From contig CM075988.1 in NCBI GenBank assembly GCA_038087875.1, forward strand, positions 20,090,001 through 20,154,000: DNA of 64,000 nt, in the 5' to 3' direction. A program made the translations under genes and the position numbers. The notes beneath the pieces were generated by a model. The model did no database searches and was not told the origin of the DNA. It was given only the letters and a program-made list of their open reading frames with translations. Position 1 is the stretch's first letter. Each line of letters opens with the position of its first letter. The stretch comes from Malacoraja senta. Taxonomy: Eukaryota. This document shows positions 42,101 to 57,100 of this stretch, one piece after another.

Positions 42101-45100
42101 TTTGGGTTGACACGTGAAGTATATAATTTATCGCACAACAGAAAACAGGGCAGGCTCTTGTTCCGATTGATATTTGGATTTGTACTCCTAATCTACATTG
42201 AAACTTAATATGAAATGCATTCAATAAAATAGAAGGATCAGAGATCTAAATATATAATCAACAACATTTAAAATTAACTTCAGAGGACTTTTCATATGTG
42301 CAACATACTTGTAAACTATTGTAATCTTGGTCTGCCTCTTGTTAGTTTTAGCAAAGAAGTTGTTCAGTAAAAAAGAATGCATACTTTTTCAAACTGTGGT
42401 AGGAAAGTTACTAGAGACTATTCGATGGGATCAGATATTCATGTATTTAGGTGGACATGGGCTGAGGGACTATCCATTGCATCTAAGGAGGTATAAGGAA
42501 GATCATAGAATCTGGGCTGTCATGGAAGAAAGTGCTTAGATCACTCACTTTGCTGACCAGGGCAAGGCTAATCCTAACCCAATGAGTGAAAGTTGTGTGC
42601 GTGGGTTGAGGGAGGGGAATGGAGGCTGTGGCCTGCAAGTAACTGTCTAAATAGTTGAAGCAGCGACCCTCGACGCGTTTAAAAAGAGCAGAGAAGCGGG
42701 ATTGACCAAAAGTTAATTTTTGGGGAGTATGAACTTCAGCGGGCTGATTGGTTGCTGTAAAATTAAATGACATAGACAATTACAAATATGATGCTTAGAA
42801 AAAAATATTTAGCAATTATTACTGATATCTTAGAGGCATTTCAAAGCAACAACAGCTGTAAATCATGTACGGCATTATTTCCAATTTCATTACTCTTATG
42901 AGATACTTCCGATTAAGCTGATGAATGAGGAAATTTTACAATGCATTATTAAATGTTACTATTCTCAAAGCAAATTTGAAAGTTTGGCTTACTTGCACTG
43001 TCGAGCAGATTCTTCTGATATCATTTGTTTGAATGTTGGAGTGGACTATATTTATAATGGAACTCCACCTACACCCTGACAATACTTGAGGCAATACGCA
43101 ATTTCAAAAAAATGCATAATTGGAAAACAAATTAAAATTTGAAGTGATGCCAATTTTTTTTCTCTTTCGTGAGAGGGAAGCTTTATATTCTTGTATTTTC
43201 AATTCAAAGTTTCAAATAATATTTGTATGGCACTAACCTTTCAAAAATAAGCTTTTCATCATGCTCAGTTTTTATCTTTGTGTTAATTTTTTTTTAATTT
43301 TGGTTGTTTGCCAATAGACTTTATTCCAATGAAAAGACAGCATTTTGTCTGCAATTGAACTGTTATCATTTAGCTTTTTAAATTTTACAAGATCTTTACC
43401 CTCATAATTACTTCTTAACTAGATCATTACCCTCTTAAAGACCCTGAAATTCATACACAACATGCATTGGAGGTGCTTTACCACACTTTTGTGCTGGGAT
43501 TGTGAGATTTAGATCAGAGATCAGCTATGTGAAGAAGTCAAACAAAATGACCTTGACTTTGACTTCAATCATTTTTAAATTTTGGTCTTTGGGAAATAAG
43601 GGCAAGAACAAAGTTTAAAGAAGGCAAACATTTTAAATTATCCATGATTTGGCTATATATCTCAACAACTTGATGGAATTCAGTTAGGGCAGCTTCAAAG
43701 TAGTATTCCAGACATTCTGATCTAAAGTATAGTTCGGAATTGCAGGACAGTTGACTTCAGTTTAACCCAATACAAATATTGCGGTTTGTTTAGTCATCTG
43801 CTTATGCATGCGTTGGTCGCATCCTCCTCATCCTGTTCAGATTTAATTGTCTGATGTCTGGGTAGAGAACTAACTTGAACATCAGTTTGTTGCAAAATTG
43901 CTTCAAGAGCAGAAATAATTTATGGATTTACGAGAATATTTACGAGATTTACGAGAATATTAATTTACGAGAATATGAACATGCTTGAAATCGCACAACC
44001 TCTTCTTGATGAGTGTTGGGCCTGACTTCTCCTTTTCAGATTCTTGGAAAAATGGCCGAGGCTAAAAAAAATCTTTTGGAATCATTGTCCAGCAGATCCA
44101 ACAATTAAATTCTCAAGATTCTTTTTTTGAAATTAATAGAAATTATACTGATTAAATTTAGAGGTGTTGTAACTTCTTATCCAGGAAAGAAAAGTTGCTA
44201 CAGTTGTTGAATATTACCTTACACTGAACGCACAAAATAATTAAGTGACCTTTGGGACCATGAGTTTCTGAATTTCACTGAGTGACTATCAATCAGTGAC
44301 TTTATGTAACTTTGTCGGTGCCAGAAACGTGGTGACTCTTGTGTATTGCCCAGGTGAGGTGTGCTTTATGATTTTACCAGGTTGTATGCAAAAATAAAGC
44401 TATGCACTGTACCTAGGTACTTTCTAGGTACATGTGACAATAAAGTATAATTGAATTGAATTCCTCCAAGTATAACTTAATAATGGGAGCTGTTGATTAT
44501 TTCCACAGTGGAATATCTGGCCTTTTGACTCAGGAACATGATCACTTTACTTTGAGAGGCTTGTAAGGATTAGAAACATGATGTTAACATTGGAAAATGA
44601 TAAATATGCATCTTTTATAAAAGACGCTTTATTTATTTTTACGTTGTGGATTTAGTATTCAAAATGCATTAGCTTTTAAAACTTGCCATTTAAGTAATAT
44701 TATTTTGTATGTAATATTAGCTCAGATAGCATTGTGCTGTTTTATTGGAATCATGCATTCTGTGGCATTAATGACAATGTAAAACAGCATTTTTCTTCGA
44801 CATTGAGGCAAGAATAATCTCATTATCTACTTGTTAAGCATTTTTAAGTTATTGATTCATCTCTTTATGTTGCAGGTGGAAGAAAGGTTGCTGAAATGCA
44901 AATTGAAAGAAGCTTCTGAGGCCCTGATGGCATCTAATTTTAGAAATGCTCAGGAAAACTATCTGCATGCCCTTAAATTAATAAAAGAAAAGAAAGTAAG
45001 TTTCACTGTCAGAGATGTTTTAAATACTATTGACATATTCCTTATTTTGCAAATGCAGTCTTTAATATGAAATACCAAAAACAGAACAATTAAATTCTTA

Positions 45101-48100
45101 CTTGCAGCAGCGTAACAGGTCTGCAAAAACATTACTTATAGATAACACAACACGGTAATATTACATTGCATTGTTTGGACAAAGCAGCAAATCTATTGAA
45201 GTGTTCTCCTTGAATAATAGAAGTCAATTGCTCTTATATAGGCACCAAATTTAGTTTATCTTTAAATTTCTTTGTAGAGACTGCAGTGTACAGTTCCAGA
45301 TTCCTTACAGATGACTGTACTTTAAAGTCTCTAAGCTATACTTGGCGCTGATAGGAAGTTCAGTCATTTATGTTTTTTCCTAATATCTGAATCTTGCTAT
45401 TTTGTGGTTTTACATTTTTATGTAGAAAGGTCAAGTTGTCAGTCCAGACTGTTGCAACAGAGAAGAATTGTTTTCTTTTCTCAGCATTGACTGGGTTATA
45501 TCCTTCCGACAATAGTTGAAAGAAAATAAAGTCTTTTGTGGTCATAAAAAATCAGAAACATTGTCTGAACTCCTTTCTATCCATGAAATGCTCCCTGGAA
45601 TTGATTTAATTTTAAAATGATGAAATGTGTCAAGAACATAACTTCTAATGAATTGTCAGGTGTCCACAAATTATATGCTAATGTCTCAAAAACATATTGC
45701 CATTTTACAGAGATGAATTTATCGTGGGATACTACTACTCAGACATGCATGTTACACTCTTACACCTCTAATTTGATTGCTGCTCAGTTTTGACTTTCTC
45801 CTTGTGCTTTTCAGCTGAATTTTTCTTTGCAGCTCTTTCCACCATCATGCTAAAGATCCTGAGTATTTAATTAATTTGCACATTTGTTTCTACGTCCCAT
45901 TATTTGGTAAAAGAGGCTGTACATGAAAGTGATACTGAGACCAATTTGGCAAAATAATTATTTGCGGGAAAAGGAACTGGATAGAGTTGAAAAAGAACAT
46001 TGCAAGGGCAATATTACAGCTAGAATACGTAGCTTTTTGTTGAAGGAATTTAGATTTCTTTTGGGAGGCATTCAGATTGTTAGCAAACCATAGATTATCA
46101 AGAGAGTCGAGTCAAGAGTGTTTAATTGTCAACTGTACCAAAAACGGAACGATTACATTCTTACTTGCAGCAGCGTAACAAGTCTGGAAACATTACTTAT
46201 AGATAACACAACAAACAAAATAAATTTAAGTACATTTTAAAAAGGCTATGTTTTTTTTCTTATTGGATCCTTGAAGACCTGTGTGGAAGCATGATGGGGT
46301 GATCATATGCTTAGATTTGGGGGAGAATGATGAGTGTAGTCTTCATTATCTTCCCTCTGCACTCACTGCTGATACAATAACTCGACCAGAAGGGTCAATC
46401 ATTCTTTTGCCTCCACAAATGTTGCTCAACCTGCTGAATTTTTCCAACTTTTGTTTTTGCTCCAAATTCGAGCATCTGAAGTTTATTGTGTGTCTGAACA
46501 GAATATTAGATGTTAGTCTGTGTATTAATTGCATTTGATTTTCCATTACAGGTGTACAACTTGACTACCATGGAGTACATACTCATTGAGTATGCCTGTG
46601 GCTTGGCCTTTCTGGGAAATAATTTAATTCAGGTGTGAACTTTTATTCTTCGATGATAGTGGGATGGGTCTAGTCATCAAACTTTGCCTAAATGAAAGCT
46701 AGATTATAACATGTAATACAGTTTTATATAATTTCCATTGATGACAGCACCAAGTTTCCCTCTGAATAGTGATCTATGGCCCATCATTAAAACGTCATTA
46801 AACAAAATAATAATTTGGTGAATAGAATTACTTCCCATAACCCATCTTGGCACTTCTCTCTCCTCCTTTAAGACTCCTTAAAGCCTATCACTGATCAAGC
46901 CATCCAGTCCAATATCTCCTTTATATGCGTTGTATAAAACTTTATCTGCTATTTCTGCAGGGAATTATCCTGAGGATGTTGGAGATGCTATGTATTCATA
47001 CAAACTGTTCTACAGTAGAATTGCTAGATGGTATTGGAGGCTAATTTCATTTACCATTTTTACAGGAGCCACTAGAAGGGAAAATGTCCCCTGCGTACAT
47101 GGCATGGAAATAATATTGCTGCATTGATAAATAATTGATAAAGAATTTTTATAATAGGTTTAAGTCACTGGATAAGAACGATACTATAAAGCAACATCGA
47201 TAAAATATACTACAGTACTTCAAGTGAACTGTTGTAGGCTAAACTATATTACCTTCTTCCAGTAGAGAATAAGTTATGAAGTTGAGGGTGAGACATGATT
47301 TATTTTTTTCTCCTGAATTTATTGATGGTTTTAGGATGTTTTAGAGGCTGAACGGCACTTTAAGAAAATTTTTGATGAGTTCAGTGATGAAGATTCCAGC
47401 CACTTCACCTGCCTCTCGTATTATGGTCTAAGCCGTGTCCACATCCGATGGAACAGGTATGTGCTTTACTTATGAAAAATTTTGATTTTCATTTCCAAAT
47501 GGCTCATGGAATAGCTGTATCATTAAAGGCATTCATAGCACTCGGAGCAATGCATACTAATGGGTCAGATTTTAAAGACGGTCGTATATTATTGCTGTTG
47601 ACTTTCCATCTTGACCAAGAACCAAATGAACTGAACGGTCATCTATTCAAAAAATTCTTTCCAAAACCAGAGAAATTATGTATTTTAACAAGAAAGGTGT
47701 TTTAAAATACATGGTGAGAAAATCATACATGTGTAAAGGTCAATTTAGTGTTACTTTTAGGTACTATGATATGTTAATAGGAGAATCTTGTTAATCATGC
47801 GATCTTTACATTTCATGGAATTAGCAATATAGTCAGTCCAGATGGAATATAAAGGTTTCTCTTACTTTCCCATGTAATTTTAATTGGAGAAATCTCACAC
47901 ATGTTGAAGGCATGCATCAGTGATGAAATTCACTATTGTCTTCATTATGCCAGCACAACCATGAACTGGCTGAGGAAAAGTGTTTGATTATGTCTATAGA
48001 CAGCAATGATCCCCATCATCTTCTACAGTTAACCAGACGACATATGATGGGCAGCTCAAAATACTGCCAATGTCCTTGCTGCAAAATCCTCCAAATCCAT

Positions 48101-51100
48101 GCAAAATCCATTCTATTCTACAACATCTGATTTCTCTCCTCAGCCAGCATCTCCTGCATTGAGGCTCTAATCACACTCCAGCAATTTCAGGAGCTTGCCA
48201 TATTGTCTACATACCTGACATTAAGTTCACCTTCCCATCAAGGACCATTTATCTCACCTGTAGCTGAGTTTGTGAATCCCACATGACCTCATCAGCCACC
48301 TCAGAATCCATAGAACATTGGAAGCAAGTGATCCTCAACCCAAGGAAAAAGATTAGCAGAAGAAATAGTGAGATTTATGAACAGTTACCACAACAATCTG
48401 ACTACAAAAAAATGCTTAGGGGGGCAGAGGAAATACTTTAAACATTCACAGTGTCTATTTGAAAACATGTGATGTCTCCACGAGTTCATGAATCCTTTGG
48501 AAACAGGCACTAAGATGGAAATGAACATCCAAGAAGGCACTGAGCACCTTGCCTTGTATGCTCAGGCTAAGCACAAAGAATAGAACCAAATCACAAGGTT
48601 CCAAGCAATCCACCATCCCTCCCATCACATTCTTACTTCATGTGACTGGGTGTGTGTGAGTCACGCATAGACCTAATCACCCTCCTTCAAAACTCACAGA
48701 ATAGTGGAAGCAACTTAATGAAGTATACAAGATCATGATGGGCCTGGTTAAAGTGAATGCTCACAGTCTTTACCCCATGGTAGAAAACTAGAGGGCATTT
48801 GGTGAGAGGAGGAACATTTTGTAGTGTCCTCGGGTGCAGTCCTGTTCCTTTGTGAGACAAAAATACAAAAACCAGAGCATCGCTCCAACATTTTCAGACT
48901 ATCTTGAATTCAATGGAGGCATACAGGGGGATGCTCTGGTTTTTGTATTTTTGTCTCACAGAGGAACAGGAATACAAGAATGTTTCTGCCTTGTTACATT
49001 TAACTCGATAATTTACTTCTAGATATAAAGAAGCAAGATCATCTGTGGAGGAGTCTCTGAAGCTGGTTGAAAGTGGTTTAGTCCCAGGGCTTCAGACGTG
49101 GCCAGGCACAGATACTGTAATTGAAGAAACCAGGGATGGTGTATTGAAAGTAAGGAATGCCCATGTGTTAGTCCAAATAATTTTTACTCATGATAGATTT
49201 ATGTAGGATTATAAAGTTTTATACGATTCGAAGAAAAACTCCAGAAGCTGGAAATTTGTAACCAAAACAGTAAATGCTGGAAAGATTCAACAAAAAATAC
49301 AGTATCTGCGGAATGGTTTCTCAGTGGTTTATTTATTTTTCGGGTCTGCAAGTGACAAAGGATTGCAGACCAGTAACATAAATGTTTCTCCCTCCACAGA
49401 TGTTGATTGACCTGTAGAATTTTTCCAGCATATTCTGTTTTGTTTTTGAATGTAAAAAATTACATTCCTTTTTATTTTTGCTGATGCCTTTGTAGTGCAC
49501 AATCATTGCAATCTCTGCTGAATGAGTATATTGAGTAAGTGAAAAGTTTTTTTTTTAAATAATGTTAAATTCTTGGGCTCCATGCTGAATAAAATTGAAT
49601 TTTGTTATTTGATATATTTTTGACTTTCAAGTTTAGTGTTCCTGTGCATAAATGTACTGATAGCATGACTGGGTAATCAATAATTTGAGAAGGATCCCTG
49701 AGAAAAATAAAGTTAGTGATATTTAATATAACATAGTGGTTACAACTTTTTGCTGTAATGTTTGCACAAGCTGCTTTTGAAAAAAAATGTAGAAAATATT
49801 TAAAGCGTGGGTTTTTCTGGAATGCTGTATTCTTTATGAGCTAGTTAAAAAGCAGTTTGGAATGAAATACTTTTGCTGACCTGACAATCCAGGATTCAGC
49901 AACACTCATTTCTCTTGAAAGAAAAGTACTCAGTGGGAGAGTTTGAGAGCTAAATTCATCCAGATTGGATGTGAACAAGAAAAAATACGTTCATATTATT
50001 CTAAGTGACTTTTGGTTTTGGCAATTTAACACTTTTCGGGGTTTAACACTTGCTCAATGCTTGATGGTGGAGAACATGGATATTTACAGAATGGAGATAC
50101 AAAACAAACTACACCACATATTCACTTTAGATGTATGTTTATTCAGAGAGGCACCAATCAAAACAGAAACAGTAGAAAGTGACCAGGACTTTAGACCCTG
50201 ACAGCATTTGGACTATCCTTCCCTTGTTCCAGTTATAGCTTTTTGGACCAATATCCTCATTAGAATTTCAAACACTTATGGGCAGAGTGCTGTGGATAGA
50301 AATGAATTTGGATGTTGAAGCAAGGAATTGCAGATGCTAGTTTACAAAAAAAGACGTAAAGTGCTGGAGTAACTCAACAGGTCAGGCAGTATCTCCGGAG
50401 AACATGGATGACACAAAGTGTATGTTTAAGAAGAAACTGCAGATGCTGGAAAATCAAAGGTAGACAGAAATGCTGGAGAAACTCAGCGGGTGCAGCAGCA
50501 TCTATGGCCTGAAACGTTGCCTATTTCCTTCGCTCCATAGATGCTGCTGCACCCGCTGAGTTTCTCCAGCATTTTTGACACAAAGTGTATGTTCTCCAGA
50601 AATGCTGCCTGACCTGCTGAGATACTCCAGCACTTTGTGTCTGAAATCAGATGTTGATCAGAAAAGTTACTGGTGGACTTGTTCAAACATCTAGTTACAT
50701 GTAATTCATAACCCTGGGGATAAAGATTGACTGGATTTCCCTTCAGTTGTCTACCAGTCGAGGGGCTTGTTTGAACAGGACTCTTAGGAATTTGCAGTTA
50801 CTCAATCCTACCCTTTGCGCAATAGATTCCTTGTTCAAGATTAAATGCTCAACATAGACTTGTTCATTGCTTGTTTACACAAGCTACATTTAAAATAAAT
50901 TCCATGACAGACATTTATAGGGTGGGACCATTTGAGAAGCAGAGTTTTTTTCCCATTCCATCGCTATTATGTAAAAAATACCGCTGTATCTAAAGTTACA
51001 TTTATTTCCATTAAATGGAATAAACTGGCTATATTCACCTTCCAGAATTGATTGTTGAGACTTTGCCAGTGGGTCCAGGTGCTTTGACATCTAAGATGAA

Positions 51101-54100
51101 AAGTCAAATCTGCCTGAGGGGATACAATGGGCATCAGTGGCTGACACAATTATTGTTGATGAGGCCTATCGATGTCTTCTGACCAACTGGTTGGTGCACA
51201 ACAAGGTTATGCATTGGTTGCTGTGAGTTTGTCCTGCTTGGGTGGAATAATTCCAATACTGGTCTGATGGCATCATTGATTTCTGAATTATTTCATTGAA
51301 ATTGCAATGTGACTGAGCAGGGATAAGCCAATTTGCCATTGTCTGGGGGTTTAAAGTGTTTCCTTTAAAGTAATTCTGTTAAGTTAAATGTTTGCACAGC
51401 TGGTGCCTGTGGAAGTCTGGTAAATATACCGTATTTACAGTGTCGCAGCAGGTAGAGCTGCTGCCTCACAACTGGTAGCCACTGCCTCACAGAGACCCTA
51501 GTTGGATTGTGGCCTTGGATGCTGTCTGTATGGAGTTTGCACGTTCTCCGTGTTTGCGTGCGTTTCCTCTGAGTGCTCCAGTTTCCTCCCACATCCCAAA
51601 GATGCTCAGATTTGTAGGTTAATTGACTTCTGTAAATTGCCCCTGGTGTGTAAGGAGTGGATGTGAAAGTGGGATAACATAGATTAGTGTGAACGGGTGA
51701 TCGATGGTCAGTATGGACTTGGTGCGTTGAAGGGCTTGTTTCCATGCCGTAATCTCAAAACTCAGTTAAAAGCTAACGTGCAATGAAGAACCCTGAACAG
51801 GTTTTTTTGTTGTTGTAACAAAACAATTATTATTTATCGCTTGCAATTTTAATTGTAATTATTTTTGTGCTAAATTACCTTGTTGTATTTTATGATCTAG
51901 GACCTGTTGAACTCGCATCTTATAGAGTGTTTGTGTCCACCGAGACCTGATGCTGTTTGCCTTTATCGATCCTGTAGCATCCATAACAACAAATGTGACA
52001 TTTATAGGTCCGATCCTGATTTCAAGGTAGGGTTTTTATATTTATATGCCGGAAAATGTCAGGGATAAGTTGATGTTCATTTGAATTGTCATAAAGTCAA
52101 AGTTGTGAAATGCCGTGTTAAATTATGGTGCTGTAGACCTTTTCCAGCTTTCTTCACCCAACCCCGTCCTCCTCAAGAATCAGACTGAAGAAGGGTCTCG
52201 AACCGAAACATCACCTATCCATGTTCTCCAGAGATGCTGCCTGTCCCGCTGAATCACTCCAGAACTTTGTGTCCTTTTGTACAGTTGTAGGCTGATTAGC
52301 AATAATATTCCATTTTAAAACTAGGCGCTTTGTGATGTCTTTCTTTTTTTTTTAATGTTCATTAATGCTGTTCAGCTTTATTGTAGTATTAAAATTGTTA
52401 TTTAAAAAGGTAGGCAGATGAGATAGAATCCAGTACTTTATTTAAAGGTTTAAGTATACAGTACTTGTGATTTACAGTAATTTCTTTTCTAGCCATTCTC
52501 ATTTAATCAGTTATCCCCACACCCGAGGGATACTAGGTGGCTGACTATACTGTATAGAGTTTTTAAAAGATGCACTTTCTCTTTCTGCAGGGCTTTGTCC
52601 GAGTTCATTGCAGCTATGATTGCCGCATTGAGTACCATTTATACTGCTGGAAACGTTGCAAAATTAAAGAGTTCCAAGATAAAATTGAAAAAGTAAGTAT
52701 GTATAAGAGATTTATACAGCATGGACATAGGCCTAACTTGTCCATGCTGAGCAAAATGCCTATCTAAGCTACTCTCATTTGCCTTCATTTGACCCTTATC
52801 CCTCTAAACCTTTCCTTGTCTCTTGCAATGTTTCTCTGTTTGGAAGTAGTGCGTTAAAGGACTCAAATGATAAATCATCTATTGGCTACAGTCAGATTAG
52901 ATAATTTTTCTAACAAAGATATGAGACTGAAAACAATGCTTTGAAAGGCCAAAGAATCTAGGGGGTATGACCAAATTGCAGGTCTGTGCTGTTATCATAG
53001 ATTAAGGATATAAGAAATATAGTCTTATTTCCTGCTTGGTGTCATGATTAAAGTAAATGTATTTTGTGTACCGTTCACTTCTTAAACTGATTTTGCTTGA
53101 AAATGTTGCAGGATATTCTGGGTTTGGACTGCCTTACGCCTGACTGTATGGGATGTATCTGGAAGGTTGACATTTTTCAGGATTCACGGCAAAAGACGGT
53201 GAGTTTCCAAGCCCTCAGGAGTCATGGAACATAGAACAAACAGTACAACACGTGAACAGACCCTTTGGCCCACAATGTCTGTGTCAGACATTATGCCAAG
53301 TTAAACTCTCAGCTGTGTCATAAACAGCTAGTGATTAGTTTAACAGCTTAAACTCTCAGCTGTTACTGTGAAAGGATTTGTAATTTATGATTCCATTAGT
53401 GTAGCGGATTCCATTAGGATGTAATCGAATGGTGGGAAGTGTTTTTACTAGAGAAAGAAAATCGTGGAACAGTTACAATAAAACAATAAAATTCCATGAA
53501 AAAAATGATTTATGTTCATTAGAAATCAAACCTGCCTTCCTCACTTCATCTTGCCCTTACTGATCCCGCATTGTCTGGGTTTCATATTTCTTAACTACCC
53601 ACTGAAGTCACTTAGCTGTTCACGTATTTTGAGGGCAATTAGGGATGCTGATCTAGCCATTAATCTCTACATATTAAAAAAAAGATCCCTGTAATACCCA
53701 TGCCATTTTAAAGGTAGCAATCACGTTATAAAATGAGATTGCATTATACAATTTGGAAAGAGGAAGTACATTACTCCCTTTGTAGTAAATCCCTGAATTC
53801 AGCAACAAGTTTTCGGACTTATAATGGTGACTTTATTATGGAATAAGTTAGCAACTTATACACATTCTATATCTGTTGCAGATTGAAGGTTCCAAATCAA
53901 AAGAGAATAAAAGTGGCAGGAATACAGCAAACAAACAGACTGGTAACTTGTAAGTTCAATTATTAACTTTAATTTGAGTAATTTTATAAACATACAAATT
54001 CAGAGTGCAATATTCAGAAATTATTGAAATTTGTAAACAAATAGTGGACAGAAAAATCGGGGCAAGGTCTGGGACGCTATATTTGTGGGCTTGTTCTTCT

Positions 54101-57100
54101 GCCGCCGCCTTGATTGTTGTACAACTTTGCAGGTGCTGATCAACATGGCCCTAAACTTTAAGTTTTGGATCTTGTTGGTACTGATTTATTGTTGAAAATA
54201 GGAGGATTTTTCCCCCCCTCAAACTGTTGTGAATGTTGTGTGAAGCGTACAGGAGTGGCATGGATATGGGGACCTGGGTCCTGATGGTTTATATCACCAC
54301 CCTAAATTGCTCGTCCTTCGCAATCCAGCTTCTCCCTCTAATGTAGTACACACAAATTTGTCATCTGTACTTTAGTCGCTTAGCTGGATTAGTGCAATCT
54401 ATTTCATAGTCAGCATGGCCTCCATTTTGCAGAGAAATGATGGTGAAACTTTGGCTTACTGCAGTGAACATCGGGAGGAGAATGGGGAGTGCAGGGGAGA
54501 GACAAGACTTTGCCTTCCATCACAGTGAGGAGGAGATTCACTGTGATGGATGTTTGTGTAAATTGTGTTGTGTCTTGGTTCTTTTCTTGTTGTATGACTG
54601 CAGAAACCAAATTTCGTTTGAACTTCATTTGAGGTCCAAATGATAATAAACGGTATTGTGTATTGTATTGTGAATAACTGAAAGCAACTCTCACATTTAT
54701 CTATGACTGAAAACGGAAACGCAGAGGGTGGGAATGGCCCATTTGTAGGTTTTTTGTCCAAATTATACTCTGACCCCAGGCACTTCACAGAATCCATTGA
54801 GAGTCCTATGTGGTAATTGCCCATCCACCTCACCCCCACCCCGATATTACCTACAATGAACATATTGACAGGTATGGGGAATATACACCAGCTCTCTGCA
54901 TTACGGCTTAGATGGACCAGTTCTATTGCGTATTTTGTGGATTGGTTTCTCTGGACTCCATGTACCTGATACCATTAAATTTTGGAGGCCACTGCAGATG
55001 CAAAGTCTTGGTGCAATTGATGCAGTATGGGAACAGTGCAAGACCAGTCAATACTTCCTATGGAGGCCAGTGGTGAGCACTGGCAGCTTGCCTTTCACCA
55101 TGAATTCTGTTGGAGAAGGAGCCCTGAATTGGGCTTGGTATCATTTGCCTTGGTATCAAAGACTTGTTCTGCAGGCAGGTCCAGAGAGTGGTTTTCAACG
55201 TAATTCGTGAAAGATTTCATGTGTCCCTATGCCTAAATTCACATGTGAGGAAGCACAGAATGAGAAAACCAAAATCAATGCAGCTGCAAAGTAAAATTGC
55301 ATATTTATTGAATCGGGAATCTGTTCTATGGAAGAAAATAATTGCATCATTTTAACCTCAATAAATAGTTTTTTTAAAGCTTTTTTCGAATCTATGGTCA
55401 ATATTGCCCGTGTTTCTATGTTTAGATTAAACTTGAAGAAGATTGCCAGAAAAAAAGAAAAGAAGCATCAAAATCCAGGAAAACCGTCATCAAACATCCA
55501 CCAGGAACAAACTGGTGAGCAATTTAACAACAGTTACGTATGTCAACAATCATCTTTTTTTTATTTTTTTTTATTTTTTTTTATTTTATTTTTTATTTTT
55601 ATTTATTAGAAGTACATTACATTACAACCACATACATTAATACTCGTCATTTATATCTTCTTACAATTAATGTACTCCCTTTATTTATTTTTTTACACTA
55701 GAAAAGGAAAAGATTGAAAGAAAGAAGAAAGTGAAGGAAAAAGTGAAAGTGTAGAAAAGTGTAGAAAATGTAACAACAAAAAAGGACGAAGACCCTATAA
55801 GAGCGAAATTAAAAACAAAAGAAAAAGAGTTAAGAAATAGGCCCTAGGGAAAAAAAGAGAAAGAGAGAGAGGGAAAAAAAAAGAAAAACAAATATTTTTT
55901 TGAGCATTACGTAAATAGGACATACCAACTCTTCAACTATCATCCCCCCTTACCTGACCTCAATTTTTTTATTTTTTTTAAAGTACTTTTGCACCCTATG
56001 TTTGTAATAATTCTATAAATGCAGACCACGTCAGGTGGAAGTGATCTGGTTTACCTGCTAGGAGGAGTCTTATCTCTTCTAGGTGTAATGTTTCAAACAT
56101 ATTTGAAATCCACATATTTATAGTTGGTATTGGAGCCTTCTTCCAAAATTTTAGAATTAGCTTTTTTCCAGTTATTAACCCATAGTCCATTAATTTCTTT
56201 TGAAACACATTTAGTTCTGGATCATCTTCCGTTATTCCGAAGATAATCCATTCTGCTTTGGGTATCAGTCTTGTTTTAAATAACTTTGTAAAGATTTCAA
56301 AAATTTCATTCCAAAATTTTTGAATTTTTGTACAGAAGACGAATGAGTGCGCTATAGTAGCTTCTTGGGATTGACATTTATCACAAATAGATGATACATT
56401 TGGGAAAATGTTATGAATTTTAGTTTTCGAATAATATAATCTATGTAAAATTTTAAATTGTATTAAAGTGTGTCTTACATTAATCGAGCATTTATGCACG
56501 TTTAATAAGTATTCATTCCAACTTTCCTTTGAAATTTTAATAGCTAACTCTTGTTCCCAGTCTCTTCTGATACCCTCCGTAGGTGGAATTTGTACATTTA
56601 AAATAATATTATACAAATATGATATTAAGTTTGCTGATTCCGCTTTTATCTGCATTGCCTCGTCCAATACATCTACTGGGTTATTATAATGATCTTTTGT
56701 ATATTTTTTCAAATAGTCGCATATTTGAAAATATTTAAAATATTGATTATTTCCGAGTTTATATTTTATTTGTAATTGTTGAAATGAAAGTAATTTTCCA
56801 GTTTCATACAAGTCACCAAGCGTTTTAATTCCTAGTCTATCCCATTGTGTATAAGCTTTATCTATAATAGAAGGACTAAACGAAGGGTTATTGACAATAG
56901 GTAATAAAAGTGATAAATTTCTTAATTTTAAATTTTGTTTTATTTGTTTCCAAATACGGATTGTACTATGAATAATTGGGTTCTTATTATAATTTATGTT
57001 ATTCAGTTTCATTGGAGAGAGGAGGATCGCTCCAATGTTTCTAGAGGAGCAATCCTCTTTCTCCATTACAATCCAGTCCACTTGCTGGGCGGAGTTATCC

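Noticed and set aside
43927..43977. Tandem tttacgagaatat repeats
   Set aside because: Simple slippage repeat with no unique spacers; not CRISPR-like, and the context is eukaryotic.
45085..46212. About 65-bp direct repeats at about 45085-45150 and 46155-46212 as possible LTRs
   Set aside because: No TG...CA ends, primer-binding site or internal coding sequence; more likely two fragments of a dispersed repeat.
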